Of a DNA stretch of 64,000 bases, positions 9,574-18,847 are shown in pieces (the first letter of the stretch is position 1; each line of letters begins with the position of its first letter). Position numbers and translations under genes: made by a program. The notes beneath the pieces are model-generated. The model saw only the letters and a list, made by a program, of their open reading frames with translations. It had not been told where the DNA came from and ran no database searches. The stretch spans positions 3,360,001 through 3,424,000 of the forward strand of contig OZ257142.1 in the NCBI GenBank assembly GCA_965279035.1, in the 5' to 3' direction. The DNA is from Bacteroidia bacterium (GTDB lineage Bacteria; Bacteroidota; Bacteroidia; M30B66).

Positions 9574-10968
9574 CAGTACTGTCCGGTTAAAGTTTAAATC
9601 AGAAAAAAGGAGCGACCATTTCGATCACTCCTTTTGTGATTATTTTTGAGTTACGACACACCAAAATAATCATGAGTAAAAGTAAATATTTTACCGGACA
9701 GCCGATTTACAGTCAACTCCTTTCTTATCTGCCTCAGACGAAAGTAAAGGACATAGCTGATGAGCATAACGCTGATAGGTATTATAAGAACTTCAGGACT
9801 TATACGCACCTAGTAACGATGCTTTACGCAATCTTTAATCGGTGTACAGGTATCCGAGAAGTGACCTCAGGCCTACTTGCCTGGGAAGGCAGGATACAGC
9901 ATTTAGGAATCAACTACTTTCCCAGAAGGAGCACGATTTCAGATGCAAATACCAGTCGACCAGCCGATGTCTTTGAAGATATTTACTACTGGCTTTATGA
10001 CCGATACAAGCATTTTTTACCGGACAGCCGAAGTAAAATCGCATCCCGGCTTTATATTGTTGACTCGACAACGATTCAGTTGTTTCAGGAAGTTTTGAAA
10101 AATGCCGGTCGTAATCCCGCCGATGGTAAGCGCAAAGGCGGTATTAAGGTGCATACTTTAATGAGGAGTGATCAAGACGTGCCTTGCTTGATAAGGTTCT
10201 CTGCTGGAGCTGGAGCCGACAGCCCATTTCTGCAGAACATACACCTGCAACGTGGGTCCATTGTGGTGTTTGATCGTGGTTATAATGATTACAAGCAATA
10301 CAACCGTTTCTCGGAAGAAAATGTCACATGGGTGACCCGATTACGAAACAACACCGTGATCAAAGTCCTGCGGGAAAAGAAAATTTCAGACAAGGAAAAG
10401 CAGAACGGAATTTTGCTCGACCAGATTATAGAAATGGGCCACACCAAGCACAATAACAATACACGAGTGAAGGCACGTCTTATAAAATATGAGGACAAAA
10501 AATCGAAGAGGATATTTGAATTCATAACCAATAACAATCAATTCAAACCCTCCTCAATCGCACTGTTTTATAAAAATCGTTGGCAGATCGAATCGCTATT
10601 TAAGCGTATCAAACAGAACTATCCGATGCAAAGCTTCCTTGGAGAGAGCGAAAATGCGATCAAAATCCAAATCTGGTGTGCCCTGATCGCTGACCTTGTC
10701 TTAAAAATTGTCAAAGCAAGAGCTGGTAAAAACTGGTCGTTTTCAAATCTTGCAGCCATGGTCAGGCTACATTTGATGACCTATATCAACCTTTTTGAAT
10801 TCCTCATCAATCCTGAAAAATCGCTAATTAGAAATCAAATTAAATCCTTTCAACTGCCATTGTTCCCTCCATAGGGGGCTTTATTTTAAATAAATACCAT
10901 CAACACCCGCATTTACTGCAACTACAGAAGGTAAATCATGCAATCTCAATTTTAACCGGACAGTACTG
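9574..10968 (+). mobile_element. IS4-family insertion sequence, copy 1 (1395 bp)
   Basis: 18-bp terminal inverted repeats CAGTACTGTCCGGTTAAA; 9-bp target duplication AAAAAATTT at 9565-9573 and 10969-10977. Confidence 0.96.
9672..10874 (+). CDS. IS4-family DDE transposase (DUF4372-type N-terminus)
   Basis: FTGQP N-terminus, IVDSTT, VFDRGY, YKNRWQIE signature; ATG 9672 preferred over GTG 9636. Confidence 0.95.
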   Translation: MSKSKYFTGQPIYSQLLSYLPQTKVKDIADEHNADRYYKNFRTYTHLVTMLYAIFNRCTGIREVTSGLLAWEGRIQHLGINYFPRRSTISDANTSRPADVFEDIYYWLYDRYKHFLPDSRSKIASRLYIVDSTTIQLFQEVLKNAGRNPADGKRKGGIKVHTLMRSDQDVPCLIRFSAGAGADSPFLQNIHLQRGSIVVFDRGYNDYKQYNRFSEENVTWVTRLRNNTVIKVLREKKISDKEKQNGILLDQIIEMGHTKHNNNTRVKARLIKYEDKKSKRIFEFITNNNQFKPSSIALFYKNRWQIESLFKRIKQNYPMQSFLGESENAIKIQIWCALIADLVLKIVKARAGKNWSFSNLAAMVRLHLMTYINLFEFLINPEKSLIRNQIKSFQLPLFPP

Positions 10969-11014
10969 AAAAAATTTAAGATTCTCTAGAAAAGTTGGGA
11001 GATCAAAACCCAAC

Positions 11015-11049
11015 AAAAAAGCCCTGTAAAAATGATTTACAGGGCTTTT
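11015..11049 (-). terminator. Intrinsic terminator of rpsF-rpsR-rplI
   Basis: AAAAGCCCTGTAAA / TTTACAGGGCTTTT stem; A-run gives a U-tract on the minus strand. Confidence 0.85.
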
Positions 11050-11066
11050 GTATGAGTTGAGATAGC

Positions 11067-11513
11067 TTATTCAGCAACCACTTCGAATTCTACCGTTGTT
11101 TTGATGTCTTTGTACAATTTAACAGCAGCAGAATAAGTACCTAATTGTTTGATGCTTTCGCTATCAATGGTAATTTGCTTGCGGTCGATATCGATACCAA
11201 GTTTTTTCAATGCTTCAGCAATTTGAAGTGAATTAACAGATCCGAAGATTTTGCCTGATTCACCTACTTTTGCACCTACTTCAATTTTTGTAGCAGCCAA
11301 TTTCTCAACCAATGAAGTCGCTTCCGTACGGATTTTTTCTTCTTTGTGAGCGCGTTGACGAAGTGTTTCAGCCAATACCTTGCGGTTGCTTTCGGTAGCG
11401 AGTTGCCCCATACCTTGTGGAATCAGGTAGTTACGGCCATAACCGTTTTTTACCTTCACGATTTCGTCCTTGTGACCAAGGTTATTTACGTCTTGTGTTA
11501 GAATAATTTCCAT
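11067..11513 (-). CDS. rplI: 50S ribosomal protein L9
   Basis: VKNGYGRNYLIP, GKIFGSV. Confidence 0.98.
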   Translation of the reverse strand: MEIILTQDVNNLGHKDEIVKVKNGYGRNYLIPQGMGQLATESNRKVLAETLRQRAHKEEKIRTEATSLVEKLAATKIEVGAKVGESGKIFGSVNSLQIAEALKKLGIDIDRKQITIDSESIKQLGTYSAAVKLYKDIKTTVEFEVVAE

Positions 11514-11522
11514 GATTCCTCC

Positions 11523-11792
11523 TTATTTCAACATGTCAGCTACATATGGCATAAGCGACAAATGACGAGCACGCTTAATTGCCTGAGATACTTTACGCTG
11601 ATACTTCAATGAAGTACCTGTGATGCGGCGAGGAAGAATTTTTCCTTGCTCATTCACGAACTTCAAAAGAAAGTCTGCGTCTTTGTAATCGATGTACTTG
11701 ATACCACTTTTCTTAAAGCGGCAGTACTTTTTCTTCTTCACCTCCACCGTTGGCGGGGTTAGATAGCGGATTTCTGATTGTGGACTTGCCAT
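11523..11792 (-). CDS. rpsR: 30S ribosomal protein S18
   Basis: [21 protein letters not shown]. Confidence 0.98.
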   Translation of the reverse strand: MASPQSEIRYLTPPTVEVKKKKYCRFKKSGIKYIDYKDADFLLKFVNEQGKILPRRITGTSLKYQRKVSQAIKRARHLSLMPYVADMLK

Positions 11793-11812
11793 CGTTCAAA
11801 AGTTTTTAGTGG

Positions 11813-12172
11813 TTAGGCTTCAGTTTTAACTGCGGATTTTGCAAATCCTTTGGTACGTTTCTTCTCGTTGTATGCAAGCGAGTTTTTGTCTAGCACAATC
11901 GTGAGGAAACGAAGCATACGCTCATCACGTTTAAATGCTACTTCGATTTTCGCCACCAAGTCGCTAGGAGCTTGATATTCGAGTAGATAATAGAAGCCAG
12001 TTGTCTTCTTTTGAATAGGGTAAGCCAGTTTGCGCAGTCCCCAGTTCTCTTCGTGAACTAGTTTCGCGCCATTCTCAGCAAGCATGGCTTTAAACTTGCC
12101 GACCGCTTCCTTCATCTGATCATCAGACAAAACGGGAGTCATAATGAAAACGGTTTCATACTGTTTTAGCAT
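11813..12172 (-). CDS. rpsF: 30S ribosomal protein S6
   Basis: [16 protein letters not shown]; ATG 12172 preferred; TACTTTTG promoter box on minus strand ~25 bp upstream. Confidence 0.98.
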   Translation of the reverse strand: MLKQYETVFIMTPVLSDDQMKEAVGKFKAMLAENGAKLVHEENWGLRKLAYPIQKKTTGFYYLLEYQAPSDLVAKIEVAFKRDERMLRFLTIVLDKNSLAYNEKKRTKGFAKSAVKTEA

Positions 12173-12317
12173 GGGCACAATGTTTAAAAATTGGACGGCA
12201 AAAGTAGTGATTCTATCTGATTACACAACCTAAAAATTGGGATACATCATATTTCTAAAAAGAAAACGAGTCCAATCATCCAAATTGCTTCATCAAAAGA
12301 ATCTGCTCTGCAGAAAT

Positions 12318-13997
12318 TTATCGTACCATCAATTTCTGCATCTTACTACCATAAGGAGTTTGAGCTCGTATGAAGTACATACCTGATGACCAATTTATGG
12401 TATTGATGTAAAAGCGTGTTTCGCCCGATTGAATTTTACTAGCAGCTACTTTCTCTATCACTCGTCCAGAAACATCCAATACGCTCACATCAACATTCAT
12501 TGCCACATCGCTTCGAACAGGAATGCAGGTTATGCCTTTGGAAGGATTCGGATATGCTTCTACTTCAAAAAGTTTTTCCATTATTTCCTGTTGAAACGTG
12601 ATTACCGAACCTGAATCCAATACATGGAAATTCCAATATCCATCCGGCGCGCTGATTGGTCGGAATTGCGTTTTTCCGTTTTCAGCAATTCCCTGAATGA
12701 AATAAAACACTTCCGTTCCTGCGGCTTGAGCTGGAATAGATGCAGTCCATTGATTGGTGGCGCTGTTGAATAATGTCATTGGCACTTCGGAATACGCTTG
12801 AGTCGTATCGATTGTATAAAACAATTTCGCTTGGTTAATTCCGCTTCGATGCTGTAATGTAGCATTTACTAAATAATCGTTTTGTGTATCGTACGTATCA
12901 TATAAAGGCTGATGCACAATCAACATCGGATCATTCACACCAACCGAATGGGTAATGCAATGGATTGCTCCACTTGCAGGAATAATATCATTACAATCAA
13001 TTCCTATCACCCGAAAACCTGGCAGACTTTCTCGCCAAACTCGAATAGCAGTTGTATCGTACTTTTCTTCATACAAAGGGAAAAGCACCGTTTTGTTTAC
13101 AAAAACAGCATTGGCATAGGTGCGATAATCTCCGTTTTGACTAGGATATTTATTTAAATCGTCGGGTGGTTGTACTATGCGGATAATCTTATATGGTGTT
13201 TCAAATACCGAATTGAAATTATCAATCACATATAACAAGTTCGCTTCGATTTGAGGTCCATCGGAAACACCTGTTGGATATTGACCAATCAATAAGGTTT
13301 CTTCATCGAGTAGCTTCATGTGCATATCGATGTGATGTATGCCATCGTAAGGAAGCGTTTCCATTTTAATATAACGTTCAATTCCCATGAAATTGAGCAT
13401 GATATCGTTGATTTCAGCTTCGGTATGTGTTGGGTTTTCGTCTAATACAAGCTTGGAAGAAAAGGCTGTTCCTAAACCATCGCTCATATAGTTTCCGCCA
13501 GTATGAATTACTTGATTAGGTGCTGTGGTGGTTTGAACGATATTTAGATTCAACACACGCGCATAGCCGCGAGGTATCGTGTCATCTTTTGTACGTGTTG
13601 GACGATTGTATTTCCAATCAACAAGAAATAAGGAATCAACATCGTTGATATACGCTGTATTTGCACCATAATCACGAATCCATAGGGTATTATAAGGTTG
13701 AACTTTGAAGATTACATTCGGTCCAACTGGCACTCCGTAAGTAGAAACCAATTCGTTTTGAGCTGTGCTGGCATTCGTGCAATGAACAATTACTTTGCAT
13801 TCTTCCTGGGCATACCGAATTATTTCTGCTAATACTGATTTGTAATCGGTCCAAGTAACAACCAAAGCTTGAATTTCTTCCCATTCAGCAGCCGTGCGGA
13901 TAATTCCGGCTGGTGGAGTATTGCTTATTGTTTGTGCTTTAACTTGAAAAGAAAAAAGAAAAAGGAAAATAAATAGTGCTGGGTTGAAGTTCTTCAT
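12318..13997 (-). CDS. Agmatine/peptidylarginine deiminase family protein with T9SS C-terminal domain
   Basis: Signal peptide; WIRDYG, GGN, HID, GAIHCIT catalytic motifs; C-terminal YPNP...GMYFI...KLMVR. Confidence 0.88.
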   Translation of the reverse strand: MKNFNPALFIFLFLFSFQVKAQTISNTPPAGIIRTAAEWEEIQALVVTWTDYKSVLAEIIRYAQEECKVIVHCTNASTAQNELVSTYGVPVGPNVIFKVQPYNTLWIRDYGANTAYINDVDSLFLVDWKYNRPTRTKDDTIPRGYARVLNLNIVQTTTAPNQVIHTGGNYMSDGLGTAFSSKLVLDENPTHTEAEINDIMLNFMGIERYIKMETLPYDGIHHIDMHMKLLDEETLLIGQYPTGVSDGPQIEANLLYVIDNFNSVFETPYKIIRIVQPPDDLNKYPSQNGDYRTYANAVFVNKTVLFPLYEEKYDTTAIRVWRESLPGFRVIGIDCNDIIPASGAIHCITHSVGVNDPMLIVHQPLYDTYDTQNDYLVNATLQHRSGINQAKLFYTIDTTQAYSEVPMTLFNSATNQWTASIPAQAAGTEVFYFIQGIAENGKTQFRPISAPDGYWNFHVLDSGSVITFQQEIMEKLFEVEAYPNPSKGITCIPVRSDVAMNVDVSVLDVSGRVIEKVAASKIQSGETRFYINTINWSSGMYFIRAQTPYGSKMQKLMVR

Positions 13998-14089
13998 ATA
14001 CTAACATCCAATTGGAAGGAAACGAAGATACATAAAGCTCAATTAAACCGAATCTCCTTTTCGAACTCTTGAACTTGAAATAATATAAA

Positions 14090-15481
14090 ATGACTGAAGC
14101 ACAGAAAACTGCCCATTTACTTCGGAGAGCCGGTTTTGGTTATTCCCTAAGAGATAAAAGCAATTTGAGCTTTGATGAAGCAATTACTCGATTATTCTCC
14201 AGCAATAACACATTTGAAGAATTGTATTTGCAAGGTGAAGAACGAGTTACGATGGCTGAGCTAAGGAAAATGACCAAGGAAGAACGGAAGGAGATCCTTG
14301 ATGATTTAGCTGCAAACGTGAAGAAATTGAATCTCGACTGGCTTAAAATTATGGGTAAAGCAGATGGACAGCTTCGAGAAAAAATGTCGCTTTTCTGGCA
14401 TGGACATTTTGCTGTTCGCGTTCGCGGATTTGCTCAGGTTGAATCGTATATCAACACTTTACGAAAATATGCATTGGGGAATTTTGGTGATTTGTTGATG
14501 GCTATGTCGAAAGAGCCGGCGATGTTGCGTTTTTTGAATAATGTGCAGAATAAGAAGAATAGTCCGAACGAGAATTTTGCTCGCGAAGTGATGGAACTTT
14601 TCACTCTTGGACGAGGAAATTATACCGAACACGATATAAAAGAGGCCGCTCGAGCATTTACAGGCTGGGGCGTGAACGATTCGGATGAGTTTGAATTAAA
14701 AGTAAACCAGCACGATACCGGTAGTAAAACTATTTTCGGGAAAACAGGAAATTGGGAAGGTGAAGATGTGATTCGGATGATTTTGGAACGCGATGAAACT
14801 TCGATTTATATCACCCGAAAAATCTATCGTTTTTTTGTGAATGATCGAGTGAATGAAGCGCATGTAGCTGCATTAGCCAAGGATTTTAAAGCATCGAACT
14901 ACGACATTCCTAAATTACTCAAACAACTTTTTACCGCTGATTGGTTTTATGCAGATGAAAACCAAGGTGCGCATATCAAATCGCCGGTAGAATTGATTGT
15001 TGAGCTAAACCGAACCTTTGGAATTTCATACGAAAATGCTCAGCCTTTGCTAGCTGTTCAGCGAGTTTTAGGACAAACTTTGTTCTTCCCTCCAAATGTT
15101 TCGGGTTGGGCTGGCGGAAGAAATTGGATTGATAATTCTACCCTCATTACCCGAATGAATCTTCCCAAAAAATTAGCTGATGCGGGTGGTTTAGATATGA
15201 GCTTTAAGAGTATGGATGATGAAAGTCCGAACGAATTTCAACAGGCATCGCAGGTGAAAAACAAGTTTAATTGTCGATTTAACTGGGAATTATTCGAAGC
15301 TAAATTTACCAATGTAGCTACCGAAAACTTATGGCAAGCTTTGTCAGAAAATTTATTAGCAAGTAAGAGTAAACCTGATTTACCGGATTATTTAAAACAA
15401 ATTCTAACGAATCCGCACTCGGAGATTATTCGCCAAATGGCTCTTTACATCGTTCGTTTACCTGAATACCAACTCGCTTGA
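14090..15481 (+). CDS. DUF1800 family protein
   Basis: HLLRRAGFG, FWHGHF, PNENFAREVMELFTLG, AARAFTGW, PPNVSGW. Confidence 0.92.
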   Translation: MTEAQKTAHLLRRAGFGYSLRDKSNLSFDEAITRLFSSNNTFEELYLQGEERVTMAELRKMTKEERKEILDDLAANVKKLNLDWLKIMGKADGQLREKMSLFWHGHFAVRVRGFAQVESYINTLRKYALGNFGDLLMAMSKEPAMLRFLNNVQNKKNSPNENFAREVMELFTLGRGNYTEHDIKEAARAFTGWGVNDSDEFELKVNQHDTGSKTIFGKTGNWEGEDVIRMILERDETSIYITRKIYRFFVNDRVNEAHVAALAKDFKASNYDIPKLLKQLFTADWFYADENQGAHIKSPVELIVELNRTFGISYENAQPLLAVQRVLGQTLFFPPNVSGWAGGRNWIDNSTLITRMNLPKKLADAGGLDMSFKSMDDESPNEFQQASQVKNKFNCRFNWELFEAKFTNVATENLWQALSENLLASKSKPDLPDYLKQILTNPHSEIIRQMALYIVRLPEYQLA

Positions 15482-15484
15482 ACT

Positions 15485-16675
15485 ATGAAACGTCGTCAAT
15501 TTCTTCAACTAAGTGGTTTAACAACTACTGCCGCTTTGATTCCTGGTTTTTTGAAAGCATTTGAAACGAATTTGAGTGTTTTAAGTGGGAAACGTATTGT
15601 GATTGTTCAGCTTTCGGGCGGGAATGATGGTTTGAATACACTCGTTCCGTTTAGCAACAATATCTATTATGAAGCTCGACCGCGTTTGGCAATAGCAGTC
15701 GATCAGGTATTAAAGATTAGTGATGATGCTGGCTTCCATCCTGCCCTAATGGGAATGAAATATTTGTACGATGAAGGAATGATGAGCATTTACAATTCGG
15801 TTGGTTATCCGAATCCGGATCGTTCACATTTTCGGTCGATGGATATTTGGCATACCGCCAGTAATTCGGATGAATACCTCAACACGGGTTGGATTGGACG
15901 TTTATTAGATTCGAATTGCGCGGAAACTGAAAACGCGTGGTATGCGATTGAAGCGGATGATACCTTGTCGCTAGCCATGAAAGGAAGTCGGCGAAGTGGT
16001 TTTGCGGTGAAAGATCCACAACGTTTGCATGCAGCATTATCGGATCCATTTTATCAGAAAGTACAGGTTGGGAAACAAGCTTCGGAACAAGAAAGTGAGT
16101 TATCGTTTTTATACAAAACCCTTGCTTCTACTACATCGGGTGCTGATTACATTTATGAAAAATCGCAAGCCAAACCTTCGAGCGCCACGTATCCGCAACA
16201 CGAATTAGGTAAAAGCTTGAAAGAGATTTCGGGATTGATTCAAGCAGGTAGTGAGTCGCGTATTTATTATACGAGTATTTCTGGTTTCGATACACATGTA
16301 AGGCAAGCAGAGACACAGCAACGCTTGTTTCAGGTTGTTGGAGATTCGCTTAAAAGTTTTTGTTTGGATTTGAAAGCATCGGGGAATTTTAATGATACGG
16401 TGGTGATGGTATTTTCGGAATTCGGTCGACGCGTGAAGCAGAATGCCAGCAATGGAACCGATCATGGAACGGCGAATTCGGTATTTCTGTTAGGTGGAAA
16501 TTTGAAAAATGCCGGTTTGCGAAATGCGATGCCCGATTTAACCAAATTGGATGATGGAGATTTGATTCATCAGCTTGATTTTAGGCGCATTTATGCCAGT
16601 TTGTTGGATCAAGGAATTGGCTTTGACTCGACTCAAGTATTGGGTAGAAAATTTGATAGTTTAGATTTTATTTAA
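15485..16675 (+). CDS. DUF1501 family protein with Tat signal
   Basis: MKRRQFL; QLSGGNDGLN, RSHFRS, GFDTH, FSEFGRR, GTDHG. Confidence 0.92.
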   Translation: MKRRQFLQLSGLTTTAALIPGFLKAFETNLSVLSGKRIVIVQLSGGNDGLNTLVPFSNNIYYEARPRLAIAVDQVLKISDDAGFHPALMGMKYLYDEGMMSIYNSVGYPNPDRSHFRSMDIWHTASNSDEYLNTGWIGRLLDSNCAETENAWYAIEADDTLSLAMKGSRRSGFAVKDPQRLHAALSDPFYQKVQVGKQASEQESELSFLYKTLASTTSGADYIYEKSQAKPSSATYPQHELGKSLKEISGLIQAGSESRIYYTSISGFDTHVRQAETQQRLFQVVGDSLKSFCLDLKASGNFNDTVVMVFSEFGRRVKQNASNGTDHGTANSVFLLGGNLKNAGLRNAMPDLTKLDDGDLIHQLDFRRIYASLLDQGIGFDSTQVLGRKFDSLDFI

Positions 16676-16737
16676 TCCGCTTTGGGAAGATTGATAAAGA
16701 TTCAGCTGAACCTGAGCATTTGAAGAAACCAGAATCT

Positions 16738-16794
16738 GCGTTAGCGATAGAGCCAAATGCCGTGCATGGGCGATAGCGCGTTAAAACGCCCAAA
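16738..16794 (+). ncRNA. Small GC-rich intergenic hairpin element, possibly Flavo-1-like
   Basis: GCGTT...AACGC outer stem with AGCGATAG...GATAGCGCG inner architecture resembling 34292-34384. Confidence 0.3.
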
Positions 16795-16870
16795 TAAAAT
16801 GAAAAGCTTCGCGGTAATTGGATAGGTTTATTGTTAATTTAGTTTTCCAACGTATCCAAAAAATTGAAAA

Positions 16871-18040
16871 ATGCTGCATACTATTCGTTTTATACTCCTA
16901 TCTGGTAGCTTATTAACACTTATTTCTTGTGGTGGCGGCGCCGGAAGTGGAACTAAAAATGCCGATGGAAAAGAATGGGAAAAGGGCAAGGATTACACGG
17001 TACTAAAGCGTTTCAGACTAGAAGATAAACAAGGTTTTGGTGAGCCGATTACCGCATATAGTTTGCTTTTACCTGATGATTGGACAGTTAGCGGAGGAAT
17101 TAATTGGGTTGCCAATGGCCTATGTGTGAACGAATTGATTGTGAATCGCATGTCGGCTAAATCGCCAGATGGTGGATATGAATTTGAGAGTTTCCCTTTG
17201 AAAAGTTGGAATTGGTTTGACAATCAGATGATGGTTCAGGCAACGCAGCAGCAAAATGCTTCGGGTTTTAAAGCCTGTGACGTCATGCCAGCGTACAATG
17301 CAGAAGCGTATTTGCGCAATGTTTTTGCTCCGGAAGTTGGTGTGAAACAGATTAAGTCGGTGAGCGATTTTAGAGAAGTTTCGGCAGGGATGGAAAAAGT
17401 AGCTGCCGACACGAAAAATTCTTTGCAACAGGCTGGTATTACTAACGTGAGCTACAATCCAACAGCCATCATTGCTCAGGTTGTTTTTGCAGATGGGAAA
17501 GAAGGTTTAGCAGTTGTTGCAGTCAACCAAACGATTAATCAAATGCCTGATTACATGCAAGGTGGATATTCGAATGGATATGTATGTTCGGCCGATTCGA
17601 AGCTATTGCTCAAGTATCCGAAAGGACAAGAAAAAGAGGCAAAAAATCTGTTGAGTATGATTATTAGCAGTGTTCGGATTAATCCGGCTTGGCAAAATGC
17701 AGCTGGACAAATAATGCAAAACATTGCTAAAGGACAACAAATAGAAAACGCCAAGCGACAAGCTATTTGGCATGAAGCGCAGAATGCTATTTCGGAAAGT
17801 CAGCGCTCAACATGGGAAAATCAACAAGCGAGTAATGATCGTATTAATGAAGAATTCAGTCGCACCATTCGAGGTGTAGAGCAATGGAGCGATCCAACCA
17901 CAGGCGATAAAGTAGACTTGACTTTAGGTTATTCTGAAGCTTGGAGTAAAGGGGACGGTACGTATATTTTGAGCAACAATCCTCTTTTTGACCCAACAGT
18001 TGCCTTGCAGGAAGACTGGAAAAAACTAGAAAAGAAGTAA
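16871..18040 (+). CDS. Conserved hypothetical lipoprotein
   Basis: Lipobox LISC followed by Gly-rich linker; Gln-rich C-terminal helix. Confidence 0.75.
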   Translation: MLHTIRFILLSGSLLTLISCGGGAGSGTKNADGKEWEKGKDYTVLKRFRLEDKQGFGEPITAYSLLLPDDWTVSGGINWVANGLCVNELIVNRMSAKSPDGGYEFESFPLKSWNWFDNQMMVQATQQQNASGFKACDVMPAYNAEAYLRNVFAPEVGVKQIKSVSDFREVSAGMEKVAADTKNSLQQAGITNVSYNPTAIIAQVVFADGKEGLAVVAVNQTINQMPDYMQGGYSNGYVCSADSKLLLKYPKGQEKEAKNLLSMIISSVRINPAWQNAAGQIMQNIAKGQQIENAKRQAIWHEAQNAISESQRSTWENQQASNDRINEEFSRTIRGVEQWSDPTTGDKVDLTLGYSEAWSKGDGTYILSNNPLFDPTVALQEDWKKLEKK

Positions 18041-18466
18041 TTACTCTTTAAAGACTAGGATTTCCTTCATCACGGTTTCCATCTCGGTAAACTTGCCTTT
18101 GAAGCGAGTTCCACGAACGATGTGATTATCGATCCAATGGTAGTTCCCACCACGTGGTTTACCTAACAATATTCCATGATATTTAAATCCGTGACGATTG
18201 AGCCATTCTTCAGTAATGTCGCGTAAATCCTCGGTACGTGAAGTAAAAAACGTGATAATATGACCTTCGCCGTACCATTTATTGAGCGTTTCTAAAGCAT
18301 CAGGATATGGCTCAGCAGTAACCATACGCTCAGGTTCTTCATTCGGCACATCGTCGCAAATGGTTCCATCGATGTCGATCAGGTAATTAATCACTGATTT
18401 AGGCAATACCGGACTGATATGATGTCCTTGCTCGTCGAAAGTTTCTTGCAGCTCTTGCTCAGTCAT
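18041..18466 (-). CDS. Small HAD-superfamily phosphatase-like protein
   Basis: IDIDGTIC motif I, FFTSR, GKP, WIDN. Confidence 0.8.
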   Translation of the reverse strand: MTEQELQETFDEQGHHISPVLPKSVINYLIDIDGTICDDVPNEEPERMVTAEPYPDALETLNKWYGEGHIITFFTSRTEDLRDITEEWLNRHGFKYHGILLGKPRGGNYHWIDNHIVRGTRFKGKFTEMETVMKEILVFKE

Positions 18467-18606
18467 GGCTTTTGCGTTTTATGCAAAGATAAGGTTCAAA
18501 CAATAACTATTATGCAAACGAATTAGAATTTTTCTGATGTTTTATACACGACATTGTTGAAAATCTAGATAAATGAGCAATTGGAGTGTTAAAAAGACAC
18601 TTTTGG

Positions 18607-18800
18607 TGTGCTGATGTGCTCCTTTCGACAAGCTCAAGGAGCGTGATATTAAGCGCCGAGCTTATGTCGAAGCATGCTGTTTAGATTTCGTTCCGCTCGC
18701 TGAGCCTGTCGAAGCGAGCTTTGATTAATGTGCTGATATGCTAGTGTGCTGATGTGCTGTTGGTATTTCGTTTCGCTCGCTGAGCCTGTCGAAGCGAGCT
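18607..18800. repeat. REP-like palindrome cluster with GATGTGCT-type spacer repeats
   Basis: GCTCGCTGAGCCTGTCGAAGCGAGC at 18695-18719 and 18775-18799; opposite-orientation relative GCTCCTTTCGACAAGCTCAAGGAGC at 18618-18642; degenerate copy 18653-18673. Confidence 0.8.
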
Positions 18801-18847
18801 AGTTAGTACGTTTCAAAATTCGTAATTCGTAATTCGTAATTCGTAAT

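Noticed and set aside
18607-18847. CRISPR array
   Set aside because: Few units, mixed orientation, spacers made of simple repeats, no cas genes.
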